A stretch of DNA of 64,000 nucleotides from Candidatus Brocadiales bacterium (GTDB lineage: Bacteria > Planctomycetota > Brocadiia > Brocadiales > Bathyanammoxibiaceae). The stretch spans positions 4,440 through 68,439 of the forward strand of contig JBHIBD010000003.1 in NCBI GenBank assembly GCA_046758865.1, in the 5' to 3' direction. The first letter of the stretch is position 1. The number at the start of each line of letters is the position of its first letter. Below the pieces are notes generated by a model. It saw nothing but the letters and a program-made list of their open reading frames with translations, was not told the DNA's origin and made no database searches. Shown here piece by piece: positions 20,129-28,250 of this stretch. The position numbers and the translations under genes are program-made.

Positions 20129-20614
20129 CTAACTTTCAGGAAGAACAAGAGGTTGGCGCTTGTCCACAGGATAGTCCTTCCTGAGGGGATGGCCCTCGAA
20201 CTCTTCATATAATAGAATCCTCCTCAGGTCAGGATGGCCATTAAACTTTATGCCGAACATGTCCCAACACTCCCGCTCCAGCCAGTTTGCCACTGACCAG
20301 AGTGAGCTAATAGAGTCAATCGTAGGGTCTGACTCCGACAGGGGCACCTTTATACGCACCCTTTGCTTATTTTTTAAGGAATACAAATGATAAACCACTT
20401 CGAAGCGCAAGTCCTTCTTTCCAAGGTAATCAACTGCTGTCAGGTCCATAAGGAAATTGAACGAGAGGTCTGGGTCTTCCTTCAGGAGGCGACATACCTC
20501 CACTATGTCCACCCTCTTGACTACTGCCGTGTTATCGTCCCTGAAAGAGTGGGTCTCTATGATAGAGTTGGGGAATCTCTCCCGGAGTTTCTTAAGGGTG
20601 ATGCTCTCTGCCAT
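20129..20614 (-). CDS. nuoC: NADH-quinone oxidoreductase subunit C
   Basis: 30-kDa subunit with ERECWDMFGIKFNGHPDLRRIL. The ATG at 20614 overlaps the nuoB stop (TGATG). The ORF-track N-terminus is over-extended. Confidence 0.88.
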   Translation of the reverse strand: MAESITLKKLRERFPNSIIETHSFRDDNTAVVKRVDIVEVCRLLKEDPDLSFNFLMDLTAVDYLGKKDLRFEVVYHLYSLKNKQRVRIKVPLSESDPTIDSISSLWSVANWLERECWDMFGIKFNGHPDLRRILLYEEFEGHPLRKDYPVDKRQPLVLPES

Positions 20615-21108
20615 CAGAATTCCTGCTTTTGGTTCTGTATCTTCTCTTGGAGCTTCATTATGCCTTCCAGCACCGTCTCGGGTCTGGGTGGGCATCCAGG
20701 TATGTATACATCAACGGGTACAATGGTATCTATGCCTTGCACCGTGGCGTAGTTATCGTACGGACCACCTGAACAGGTGCAACCCCCAAAGGCCACCACC
20801 CACTTGGGCTCACACATCTGCTCCCAGACCCTCTTGAGTATAGGGGCCTGTTTGTGGCTTATGGTGCCCACCACGAAGAGCACGTCGGACTGCCTGGGGG
20901 AAAAACGGGGCAGGCCCGCACCAAAGCGGTCTATATCATAGTGACTTGCCGCAGCGGACATGAACTCCATACCACAGCACGCAGTTACAAACGGATACAG
21001 AAACAGGGAATATTTCCTTGCCCAGCCCAGGGCCTTATCCAGTCTCGAGAGGACTACGCTCCCCCCCAAGGCGTCCTCTAACGCCATTCCAGCGCACCCT
21101 CCTTCCAC
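20614..21108 (-). CDS. nuoB: NADH-quinone oxidoreductase subunit B
   Basis: CCGMEF...GGCTCSGGPY...IPGCPPRPE (N2 cluster ligands). The exact start is uncertain. Confidence 0.9.
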   Translation of the reverse strand: MEGGCAGMALEDALGGSVVLSRLDKALGWARKYSLFLYPFVTACCGMEFMSAAASHYDIDRFGAGLPRFSPRQSDVLFVVGTISHKQAPILKRVWEQMCEPKWVVAFGGCTCSGGPYDNYATVQGIDTIVPVDVYIPGCPPRPETVLEGIMKLQEKIQNQKQEF

Positions 21109-21434
21109 GCATATATAAGTGCAAGCCCCACTATTAGAATAAACACCATCATCTCCATAAGGCCAAACACTGAGAGGTCATTGTAAAGCACCGCCCAGGG
21201 ATAGAAGAATACCACCTCTACGTCAAAAACAAGAAACAACACCCCTATAAGATAGAATTTTATGGGGAATCTTTCCCTGGCAGGCCCGGAGGGCGGCATC
21301 CCGCACTCAAAAGGTAACGCCTTTATAGGAGTAACCCTCGTTGGCCCAAGTACCGAGGTAAGAAATATAAGAAGCCCTGGGATCAGGGCTGCTATTATAA
21401 AGGTGAGTACTAACGCTAGCCAGTAACCCTGCAC
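21078..21434 (-). CDS. nuoA: NADH-quinone oxidoreductase subunit A
   Basis: 118-aa three-TM protein with PFECG and FLVFDVEVVFFYPWA. Confidence 0.9.
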   Translation of the reverse strand: MQGYWLALVLTFIIAALIPGLLIFLTSVLGPTRVTPIKALPFECGMPPSGPARERFPIKFYLIGVLFLVFDVEVVFFYPWAVLYNDLSVFGLMEMMVFILIVGLALIYAWKEGALEWR

Positions 21435-21471
21435 GCCATCTCTTCTCCTTTCAGTGTAATGCGGGGGTACA

Positions 21472-21499
21472 AGTTTACAAAAAATATTACCGATGTCAA
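21472..21499 (-). promoter_or_regulatory. Candidate sigma70-type promoter of the nuo operon
   Basis: Minus-strand TTGACA (21499-21494), 16-nt spacer, TAAACT (21477-21472). AAAGGAGAAG RBS lies before the nuoA ATG. Confidence 0.4.
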
Positions 21500-21563
21500 A
21501 CGATTTCTTGTATTGCGTGTCCCCATATGGACATAGGTGCGCATCAAAACCCCAGTAACCAGG

Positions 21564-21628
21564 GTGCGTCTGGACGCACTAAACTTCTTTGTCATTGCTT
21601 CGGGGCTGCGCCCCGAAGCAATGACAAA
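21564..21628. repeat. Two palindromic repeat modules: family C (GTGCGTC-TG-GACGCAC, 21564-21579) and family A variant (19-bp perfect stem, 3-nt loop, 21588-21628)
   Basis: tttgtcattgcttcggggc-tgc-gccccgaagcaatgacaaa is a perfect inverted repeat. Related copies occur at 45698, 55536, 55868, 55948 and 55988. Confidence 0.85.
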
Positions 21629-21732
21629 AGCGGGTAGGTTCTGGTCACACCACGACCTTACAATAATCCATTGACCAAAAATATCTTCTGTATTCTTCTT
21701 TCCCCCCAGGCGGATGCCCTTACAAAATATCT

Positions 21733-22626
21733 TCAGGTTAACTTTGCCGCTTCTACGACATTTTTCAGGAGCATCACCGTCGTAACTGGACCTACCCCAC
21801 CAGGTACAGGGGTTATATAAGAGGCAACCTCCTTTGCACCCTCGAAGTCCACGTCACCCACGGTCTTCTTCTTCTGTTTGCCTGTTTTGCCCAGGACCGG
21901 CCTGCCCTCGGCATCATATTCTGGCACCCTGTTTATGCCCACGTCTATTACTATCGCACCAGGTTTTATCATATCTCCCGTTATAAGCCCTGCCTTGCCG
22001 GCGGAGACCACCAGTATATCGGCCCTCTTGGTATGGAAGGTCATATCCTTTGTTCTGGTGTGGCAGACGGTTGGTGTGGCGTGGAGGTCCAGAAGCAGGA
22101 GGATAAGGGGTTTGCCAACGATGGCGCTGCGACCGACAATAGTGGCCTCTTTGCCCTTTATCTCCACTCCAGTGCTCTTTATAAGCTCTATCACAGCCAT
22201 AGCTGTGCAGGGGGCCAGCTTTGCGTTGCCATACACCAACTGCCCCATGCTGGCCAAGTTCATTCCCTCGACGTCCTTTTCGGGGGCAATAGAAGACTGT
22301 ACCCGCCGGGCATTAATTCCCTCTGGCAGTGGCATCTGCAGTATGATGGCAGTAACAGAGGGGTTTCTATTAAGGCCCTGGATGTGTCCTATCAGGCCTG
22401 TTTCAGTTATGTCCTCTGGCAGACTGTCAAGGGTGTATCGTAGTCCTATTTCCTCGCAGGCCCTCGATTGGCTGCGTATATATACCTGGGAGGCAGGATT
22501 CTCGCCCACCTGAACGGCCAATAAATGCGGGTCTCTTCCCCTCTTTCTCAGTGTCTCAACTTCTATGGTCAATTCACTCTTTATTTTCTTGGCAAGTGCT
22601 TCGCCGTCAATCAACTGTGCTGCCAT
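21733..22626 (-). CDS. folD: Bifunctional methylenetetrahydrofolate dehydrogenase/cyclohydrolase
   Basis: 297 aa; typical FolD sequence along its whole length (e.g. PVPGGVGPVTTVMLLKNV). Confidence 0.92.
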   Translation of the reverse strand: MAAQLIDGEALAKKIKSELTIEVETLRKRGRDPHLLAVQVGENPASQVYIRSQSRACEEIGLRYTLDSLPEDITETGLIGHIQGLNRNPSVTAIILQMPLPEGINARRVQSSIAPEKDVEGMNLASMGQLVYGNAKLAPCTAMAVIELIKSTGVEIKGKEATIVGRSAIVGKPLILLLLDLHATPTVCHTRTKDMTFHTKRADILVVSAGKAGLITGDMIKPGAIVIDVGINRVPEYDAEGRPVLGKTGKQKKKTVGDVDFEGAKEVASYITPVPGGVGPVTTVMLLKNVVEAAKLT

Positions 22627-22758
22627 AGTAATGTCCTCGTAATGTACACGGGGGGTAGATATCGGGAAGGATGACGCATTTTAAGGTTTCGATATTATAA
22701 AAACTAACCTTCCGCATGCAAGAAAAAACCCTACCTGTCGTTGTGAAATCGAAATACT

Positions 22759-22787
22759 TTGACAAGGGTGCAGGAATCTGATAAGAT
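22759..22787 (+). promoter_or_regulatory. Candidate sigma70-type promoter for ispH
   Basis: TTGACA (22759-22764), 17-nt spacer, TAAGAT (22782-22787). AGGAGA RBS lies before the TTG start. Confidence 0.4.
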
Positions 22788-22834
22788 TTTTTTGGCATTA
22801 TTGGACAACTTCAAATACAGCCAGGAGATATGTC

Positions 22835-24619
22835 TTGAAGGTAATGGTCGCCGAGACAGCAGGATTTTGTATGGGTGTGCGAAGGGCAATGGACATAACC
22901 CTTGATGCAGCCCACAAGAATAAGGGGGGCAACGGCGGCATCCTTACAGACGGCCCCTTAATCCATAACCCTCAGGTATTAGAGCTGTTAAAGGCAAAAG
23001 GCATAGGAACTGTAAGGGACGGTTCTAACCTTTCTGGACGCACCGTGGTGATAAGGGCCCACGGTATTACGCCCGCCCGACGGAAAAAGATTGAGGCTAT
23101 GGGGGCCAGGGTCTGTGACGCTACCTGCCCTCGCGTGACGAGGGTACAATCCATCATAAGGAGGTATGCCACACAGGGGTACTCAACCATTATAGTCGGT
23201 GATGAGGGGCACGCTGAGGTGGTGGGCCTGCTGGGATATGCAAAAGATAGGGGCCACGTGGTGGGTTCCGTTAAGGACTTGGACAAGCTTCCCCCGATGG
23301 ATAAGGTCTGTGTGGTAGCTCAAACTACTCAGGACAAACGTCTTTATAAGCAAATAACCACCATACTCAAGAAAAGATATGCTAACTGTCAGGTCTTTGA
23401 TACCATCTGTCATTCCACTAGTAAAAGACAGGACGAGGTGGTAAGCCTCTGCCGCACAGTGGATGCCATGGTAGTTGTTGGAGGCAGGGGAAGTGCTAAT
23501 ACGGCTAGACTGGTACAGGTATGCCAGGGGGAGGGCATTCCCACCTTTCATGTAGAGACAGAAAATGAATTGGAATTCGAGAAACTTAACGACTGTAATG
23601 TAGTGGGCTTAACTGCTGGAGCTTCTACCCCACAGTGGTTGCTAAAGAGGGTAGAAGACAGGATAGCCTCTTACGAAAAGCAGAAGGTAGCCAGGATATG
23701 GAGTGGTACAAAGGCGATCTTTAATACCTTTGTCGGCAGTTGTGTCTATCTAGGGATAGGGGCCGTGTCCCTGAGTTATGCCAACACGGTGCTTCTTGGG
23801 GTTGAGCCGAAGATAAGCTACTGTATAATTGCCGCACTATTTCTCTTTTCCATGCATGTTCTCAACAACACCGCCAACAGAGAGGCGGCTGCCATAAGTG
23901 AACCCACTATGGCAAAGCTTTACGATAAGTACAGAACTACATTCTTGGGACTAGGCCTCGCTGGTATCGTGTCTTCTTATGGGTTGGCCTTTGTACTGGA
24001 TTTTTCAGTATTCTTGATGTTGTTTCTGGCCAGCGTCTTTTTTATGATAGCCTTCCGGATACACGTCATACCATTAAAGGTATCAAGGCTCCTGAGGTAC
24101 AAGGGACTTGAGCAGTTTGCTGGCTCAAAAGAGATTTTCTTTGGGATAGCATGGGCCCTAACGACGGCCCTTATACCGTTCTTGGTAAGTGAGTCGCAGG
24201 CCCTATCAACCCTGGGAGTAGCCATGGCCTTCACCTTTAGCATGGCCTTCCTGAGGGCCGTACTTCTAGATATCCGTGACATTCAGGTGGACAGGATTGT
24301 AGGTAGAGAGACTATTCCTATAGCCATTGGTAAAACGTGGACCAAGGTGATGCTTATTGCCGTTGCTGGCATTACGGCGTGCATGCTGATCGCAAGCCCC
24401 ACCTTAGGGTGGACGTCTCCATTCAGTCATTTCCTTATCCCTTGCGTCCTCTATGCCTGTCTCTACCTTTACCTCTATCACATCAGGGTCATTGGAGAGG
24501 GACTAATGTGTGAGGCAGTTGTAGATTTTAACTTCATATTGGCTGGAATTATTGCCTTCTTCTTCTGGGAAAAAGATTTAGTTACATCGGCCCTGAAGTT
24601 TTTTGCCGGCTATTTATAG
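22835..24619 (+). CDS. ispH: Fusion protein: IspH/LytB (HMBPP reductase, about aa 1-285) plus a 9-TM UbiA-like prenyltransferase-type domain (about aa 290-594)
   Basis: N-terminal part: AGFCMGVRRA, HNPQV, CPRVTRVQ, VVAQTTQ, ICHSTSKRQ, SANTARL. C-terminal part: nine hydrophobic helices; LLDIRDIQVDRIVGRETIPIAIG after TM6 (DxxxDxxxG..T-type motif) and LNNTANRE after TM2. Confidence 0.8.
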   Translation: MKVMVAETAGFCMGVRRAMDITLDAAHKNKGGNGGILTDGPLIHNPQVLELLKAKGIGTVRDGSNLSGRTVVIRAHGITPARRKKIEAMGARVCDATCPRVTRVQSIIRRYATQGYSTIIVGDEGHAEVVGLLGYAKDRGHVVGSVKDLDKLPPMDKVCVVAQTTQDKRLYKQITTILKKRYANCQVFDTICHSTSKRQDEVVSLCRTVDAMVVVGGRGSANTARLVQVCQGEGIPTFHVETENELEFEKLNDCNVVGLTAGASTPQWLLKRVEDRIASYEKQKVARIWSGTKAIFNTFVGSCVYLGIGAVSLSYANTVLLGVEPKISYCIIAALFLFSMHVLNNTANREAAAISEPTMAKLYDKYRTTFLGLGLAGIVSSYGLAFVLDFSVFLMLFLASVFFMIAFRIHVIPLKVSRLLRYKGLEQFAGSKEIFFGIAWALTTALIPFLVSESQALSTLGVAMAFTFSMAFLRAVLLDIRDIQVDRIVGRETIPIAIGKTWTKVMLIAVAGITACMLIASPTLGWTSPFSHFLIPCVLYACLYLYLYHIRVIGEGLMCEAVVDFNFILAGIIAFFFWEKDLVTSALKFFAGYL

Positions 24620-24693
24620 TGTTATCATTTAACGTGCGATAAAAAACCGTCTTGCCTCCAGCTAACCGAAAGTGTTACCTCCGGGAAAGGCAT

Positions 24694-25428
24694 ATGACAG
24701 CTATGGAATACGAGAAATCCCCCAAAGAACAGAAAATACACAAAGAACGTAAAGAGCATCATGGCTTTATACGCATATTCACTACAGATATAAAGAAGAG
24801 GCTTATTGCCGGCGCAATCCTCCTATTACCAGCATATATCACATTCTACGTCCTAAAGTTGCTCTTTACCTTTGCCGGTGGAACCATGGTGCCGGTGGTA
24901 AAGAGGATAATCCTCAGATCAGATTGGGTCCAGTTGAAGATCCCCGACACGGTGCTGACACCCCTGATGTTTCTCCTGGGGCTTATGATGCTCTTCCTCA
25001 TCCTTTATTTTGCAGGGGCCTTTGCCGCCAACTTCATCGGCAGGCGTATTATACACTTTGGTGAGGGAATACTGGAGAAGATGCCCCTGGTGAAGACCAT
25101 CTACGGTACGTCAAAACAGCTTATTCATAGTGCTACTACTCCGGGCAAGGGTGCTTTCAAGCGTGTGGTGCTGGTAGATTTCCCCAGGAAAGGCTCGAAG
25201 GCCCTTGGTTTTGTAACGGGTTCTTTTATAGATAAAGAGGGGAACAGGCTGGTAAGCGTCTTTGTTTCCACCTCACCGAACCCCACCTCTGGTTTTGTGG
25301 TGCTCCTTCCCGAGTCCGAGGTGGAAGATACCCATCTTAGCGTAGAAGAGGGGTTCAAGATTATTGTCTCCGGCGGCATCCTCACCTCTACTTTTAAGGA
25401 AGAGGTCGGGAAGCTTCACCGGGCCTAA
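24694..25428 (+). CDS. DUF502-family membrane protein
   Basis: Two N-terminal TM helices, then PLVKTIYGTSKQL and the conserved GFVTG...SPNPTSGF tail. The ORF-track TTG start at 24652 is probably over-extended. Confidence 0.7.
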   Translation: MTAMEYEKSPKEQKIHKERKEHHGFIRIFTTDIKKRLIAGAILLLPAYITFYVLKLLFTFAGGTMVPVVKRIILRSDWVQLKIPDTVLTPLMFLLGLMMLFLILYFAGAFAANFIGRRIIHFGEGILEKMPLVKTIYGTSKQLIHSATTPGKGAFKRVVLVDFPRKGSKALGFVTGSFIDKEGNRLVSVFVSTSPNPTSGFVVLLPESEVEDTHLSVEEGFKIIVSGGILTSTFKEEVGKLHRA

Positions 25429-25480
25429 CACCCTCCACATCCTACCTGGCCCAAACCCCCCTGCCCTGAGTTTATTAACT

Positions 25481-26707
25481 ATGTACCCAAAAATGATAAA
25501 GATAAGACAGGCGTTTCCTATGCAGAGGGTTGAGGATGTATCTTCTGTGACCGAGAGGGAGCTTTCAAGGCTTCAACTTGGTTCAAGGCTAAAGCCGGGC
25601 GACACTGTGGCGGTTACTGCAGGCAGTAGGGGCATCTCCAAGATAGCGCCCATTACCAGGACAGTGGCAGACATGCTTAAGAAACTGGGAGCTGAACCAT
25701 TTATTGTTCCGGCCATGGGCAGTCATGGTGGTGCCACCGCCCGGGGGCAAATCGAGGTGTTGGCCAAGTATGGAATCACAGAGGCCAGTATGGGCGTGCC
25801 CATCAGGTCCTCAATGAACGTGGTGAATATGGGCAGGAGCCCCTTCGGCTTTCCAATATATACTGACAAACATGCCACGGAGGCAGACCATATAGTCCTT
25901 ATTAATCGCATTAAGACACACACGCGATTCAGCGGCAGGATAGAGAGTGGCCTCACCAAGATGCTCCTCGTGGGGCTAGGTAAGGACAGGGCTGCCACAA
26001 TATACCATCGTGCTATCCTTGAATACCCGTTTGAAGAAATTGCAAGCAACATAGTCCCAGTCCTCCTGCAAAAACTACCGGTCCTCCTCGGCCTGGCCAT
26101 CATTGAGAACGCCAGGGGTGAGGTGGCAGAGATAGAGGCCGTATCACCCGAAAAATTTCTGGACAGGGAACCAGAACTCCTTGGAACGGCCACCAAGCTA
26201 ATGGCAAAGCTGCCATTCGATGAGATAGACCTGCTGGTTGTGGACGAGATAGGCAAAGACATTGCCGGTACGGGGATGGACACATCAATCATAGGGAAAA
26301 AAGATGGCTCCAGGATAAAAATAAGGAGGATATTTGTCAGGGACCTCACGGATGAATCCGATGGCAATGCCTGCGGGGTTGGGCTTGCGGACTTTACTAC
26401 CAAACGGTTGGTTGACAAGATAAACTTTAATAACACCTATGTGAACTGTATTGCCGCCCTGAGGCCCGAGGGGGCTAGAATACCCATGACTTATTCCACC
26501 GACAAGGAGGCCCTGGACCAGGCGCTACACACCCTGGGTCTTGTGGAGCCAGAGGATGCACGTGTAATAAGGATAAAAAATACCAAAAACCTTGGAGAAC
26601 TGAGCGTCTCGGAGGCCTATAAAGAGGAGTTAAATAGCCGCCGGGACCTAGAAATAGTTTCAGAACCAGAGACGATGCCCTTCGGCCCTGATGGGAACCT
26701 TCTGTAA
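25481..26707 (+). CDS. Conserved hypothetical protein. A LarA/DUF2088-like fold is possible but was not verified.
   Basis: Long ORF with coding-like composition. Start is taken at MYPKMIKIRQ. The motif PAMGSHGGATARGQ is noted but I cannot assign it to a family by eye. Confidence 0.5.
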   Translation: MYPKMIKIRQAFPMQRVEDVSSVTERELSRLQLGSRLKPGDTVAVTAGSRGISKIAPITRTVADMLKKLGAEPFIVPAMGSHGGATARGQIEVLAKYGITEASMGVPIRSSMNVVNMGRSPFGFPIYTDKHATEADHIVLINRIKTHTRFSGRIESGLTKMLLVGLGKDRAATIYHRAILEYPFEEIASNIVPVLLQKLPVLLGLAIIENARGEVAEIEAVSPEKFLDREPELLGTATKLMAKLPFDEIDLLVVDEIGKDIAGTGMDTSIIGKKDGSRIKIRRIFVRDLTDESDGNACGVGLADFTTKRLVDKINFNNTYVNCIAALRPEGARIPMTYSTDKEALDQALHTLGLVEPEDARVIRIKNTKNLGELSVSEAYKEELNSRRDLEIVSEPETMPFGPDGNLL

Positions 26708-26727
26708 AGCGAGGAGATTTGAACAGA

Positions 26728-27057
26728 TTATAAAAACTCCTCTAGGCTGGCAGTTAGTCCCCTAAAAGGGAGAGCGTGTGTCGTGAATCCTTGCTGTTGT
26801 AAATGGGTTGTTAACCTTGTGGGTTTTGTACCGGTGTATTTAACGGAGTAGTTAATAGTATTCTTATCGGGGTCCATACTGACCTCCGCGGTAAGCAACC
26901 CCATATTGTCCATCAGGAGTGCCGTCCTTTTGTAGCAGCCCTCTTCCGTCCCACCATCATCAGGAGACAGTATATATTCTTCACCGGTTGCATCAAGCAT
27001 CCCGTTAAATCTGGCATCAACCCTTTGCTTAAGCTCATCTGGAAAATGAAGAGGCAT
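26728..27057 (-). CDS. Hypothetical protein (109 aa)
   Basis: Intact ORF with no recognisable motif. It is bordered by the repeat nest. Confidence 0.4.
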   Translation of the reverse strand: MPLHFPDELKQRVDARFNGMLDATGEEYILSPDDGGTEEGCYKRTALLMDNMGLLTAEVSMDPDKNTINYSVKYTGTKPTRLTTHLQQQGFTTHALPFRGLTASLEEFL

Positions 27058-27088
27058 CCTGCATCTCTAACCATTAACTGAGACCTTT

Positions 27089-27229
27089 GAAAACCCTGCA
27101 CAATTGTCATTCTGAAGGCTCGCCCAACAAAGTGGCGAGTCCGCCTAGGGCGTGGGGTGAAACGATCGAAGAATGTAGCGTCCGCTCTCCGCATCGGACG
27201 TCTTTGCGTCGGGTACGGAGACCCGGTGC
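27089..27229. repeat. Composite repeat: family B (aaaaccctgcacaattgtcattc...gtgaaacgatcgaagaat) followed by family E (atgtagcgt...cgcatcggacg...tcgggtacggagacccg)
   Basis: Both ends of B recur at 43179-43250. E recurs at 45616-45785. Confidence 0.8.
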
Positions 27230-27270
27230 TTTTTTATTACCCCACCCTTGGCGGGAATTATTGCCTTTTT

Positions 27271-27354
27271 CCCCCTCCCTTGACGGGAGGGGGAAGGGGG
27301 AGGGTGAGATAAAACAGTTCACCCCCACCCTACCCTCCCCCATCGAGGGGGAGG
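27271..27354. repeat. Family F G/C hairpins: ccccctccc-ttgac-gggaggggg (27271-27293) and cctccccc-atcga-gggggagg (27334-27354)
   Basis: Perfect 9-bp and 8-bp stems. Related hairpins occur at 57467-57480 and 57555-57571. Confidence 0.75.
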
Positions 27355-27457
27355 AAAGACACGGGCAGAAATTTCAATATTACTGACTGCTTTTCTTGCT
27401 TGTGTCAAGTTCTGGCACTTGCTACAAATATATTGATATGATACGCTGGTGTCAAAC

Positions 27458-27554
27458 GGGAATGGATGGGGCCCGGTGGCCCTGACGGACTTCAAATCCG
27501 GCTTGTCCGCCTAAGAAGCGGATAGGTGGGTTCGACTCCCACACGTTCCCGCCA
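27458..27554 (+). tRNA. selC: tRNA-Sec (anticodon UCA), 97 nt with encoded CCA
   Basis: Folded by hand. Acceptor GGGAATGG/ACGTTCCC (7 bp plus one mismatch). 6-bp D stem GGGGCC/GGCCCT with a CGGT loop. Anticodon loop CTTCAAA. 7-bp long variable arm. 5-bp T stem GTGGG/CCCAC with loop TTCGACT. Discriminator G. The loops match E. coli selC as I recall it. Confidence 0.85.
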
Positions 27555-27570
27555 TTATATTCTATTATCT

Positions 27571-27697
27571 GTAGGGGCAACTCCCTGTGGTTGCCCTCGT
27601 AGCTGGGCAGGCGCAGACTTGCCCCTACACGCTTCGCTCGCAATGACATGCGAGGGTAACAACCCCTCTAAAAGGGTGAGGTTGCCTCGCCCCTACA
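27571..27697. repeat. Composite repeat: family D (GTAGGGGCAA...TTGCCCCTAC), a family A half-site (cttcgctcgcaatgac), and a D-like end
   Basis: Outer 10-bp stem 27571-27580 / 27619-27628. The canonical D copy is at 43056-43085. Confidence 0.7.
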
Positions 27698-27710
27698 AAA
27701 AGTGAGAAAA

Positions 27711-28250
27711 CTACTCTTCCTCTTTGAACAGTTTATGGCAGTCCTTGCAGGTACTCTTTACCGAGAGGTAGTTAGAACGCACCTCATCGGCGTTACCGGC
27801 ATTTGCCGCCATGACAAGGGAGTGTATTGAGTTTCGGAACCTGTCGCCGATGATGATAAATTGGGTAGGCACTCCGGAGGGATGTTGTTTGTAGTACAGC
27901 GTGACGCACCGACCGGCAATCAGGTCTTCTACCTTTCTTCCAGAATCTACTATGGCCTTCCAGTTCTCCTTGCTCACACTCCTGCCAAGCTCCCTCATGG
28001 TGCGGGAGGTGGCGGCCATGGCCTCTTTGAGGCCGCCGACGGTCTCAAGCTCTACGGGTTCTTCCTCTACCCATTCCCTCTCTTCCCACTCTTTTTCTGC
28101 CCATTCTTCAAGCTTGGGTAGTTCCTCTCTAAAAAACTCTTCTTCCTCCTCTCTCAGGGCAACCGTTGTTTCTTCGGGTTCCTTTTTGCAGGACATGGGA
28201 TTTACGGAGATAAGCAGCAGTATCAGGCCAAGGTAGAGGGCGTTCTTCAT
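27711..28250 (-). CDS. Class II (four-helix-bundle, cytochrome c'-like) monohaem cytochrome c lipoprotein
   Basis: Signal peptide with lipobox (VNPMSC), acidic linker, and a single C-terminal CKDCH. Confidence 0.7.
   Translation of the reverse strand: MKNALYLGLILLLISVNPMSCKKEPEETTVALREEEEEFFREELPKLEEWAEKEWEEREWVEEEPVELETVGGLKEAMAATSRTMRELGRSVSKENWKAIVDSGRKVEDLIAGRCVTLYYKQHPSGVPTQFIIIGDRFRNSIHSLVMAANAGNADEVRSNYLSVKSTCKDCHKLFKEEE

Noticed and set aside
22607-22798. The 63-aa minus-strand ORF in the folD/ispH divergent spacer.
   Set aside because: It overlaps the folD start and the candidate ispH promoter, and has no RBS or recognisable motif.
27087-27649. ORF-track entries 27087-27386(+), 27107-27343(-) and 27452-27649(-), and similarly 45571-45828(-), 45715-46149(+) and 55851-56054(-), considered as small protein genes.
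   Set aside because: They are translations of the repeat modules, or of selC itself in the case of 27452-27649. They give recurrent peptides such as KTLHNCHSE, lack an RBS, and overlap structured palindromes.
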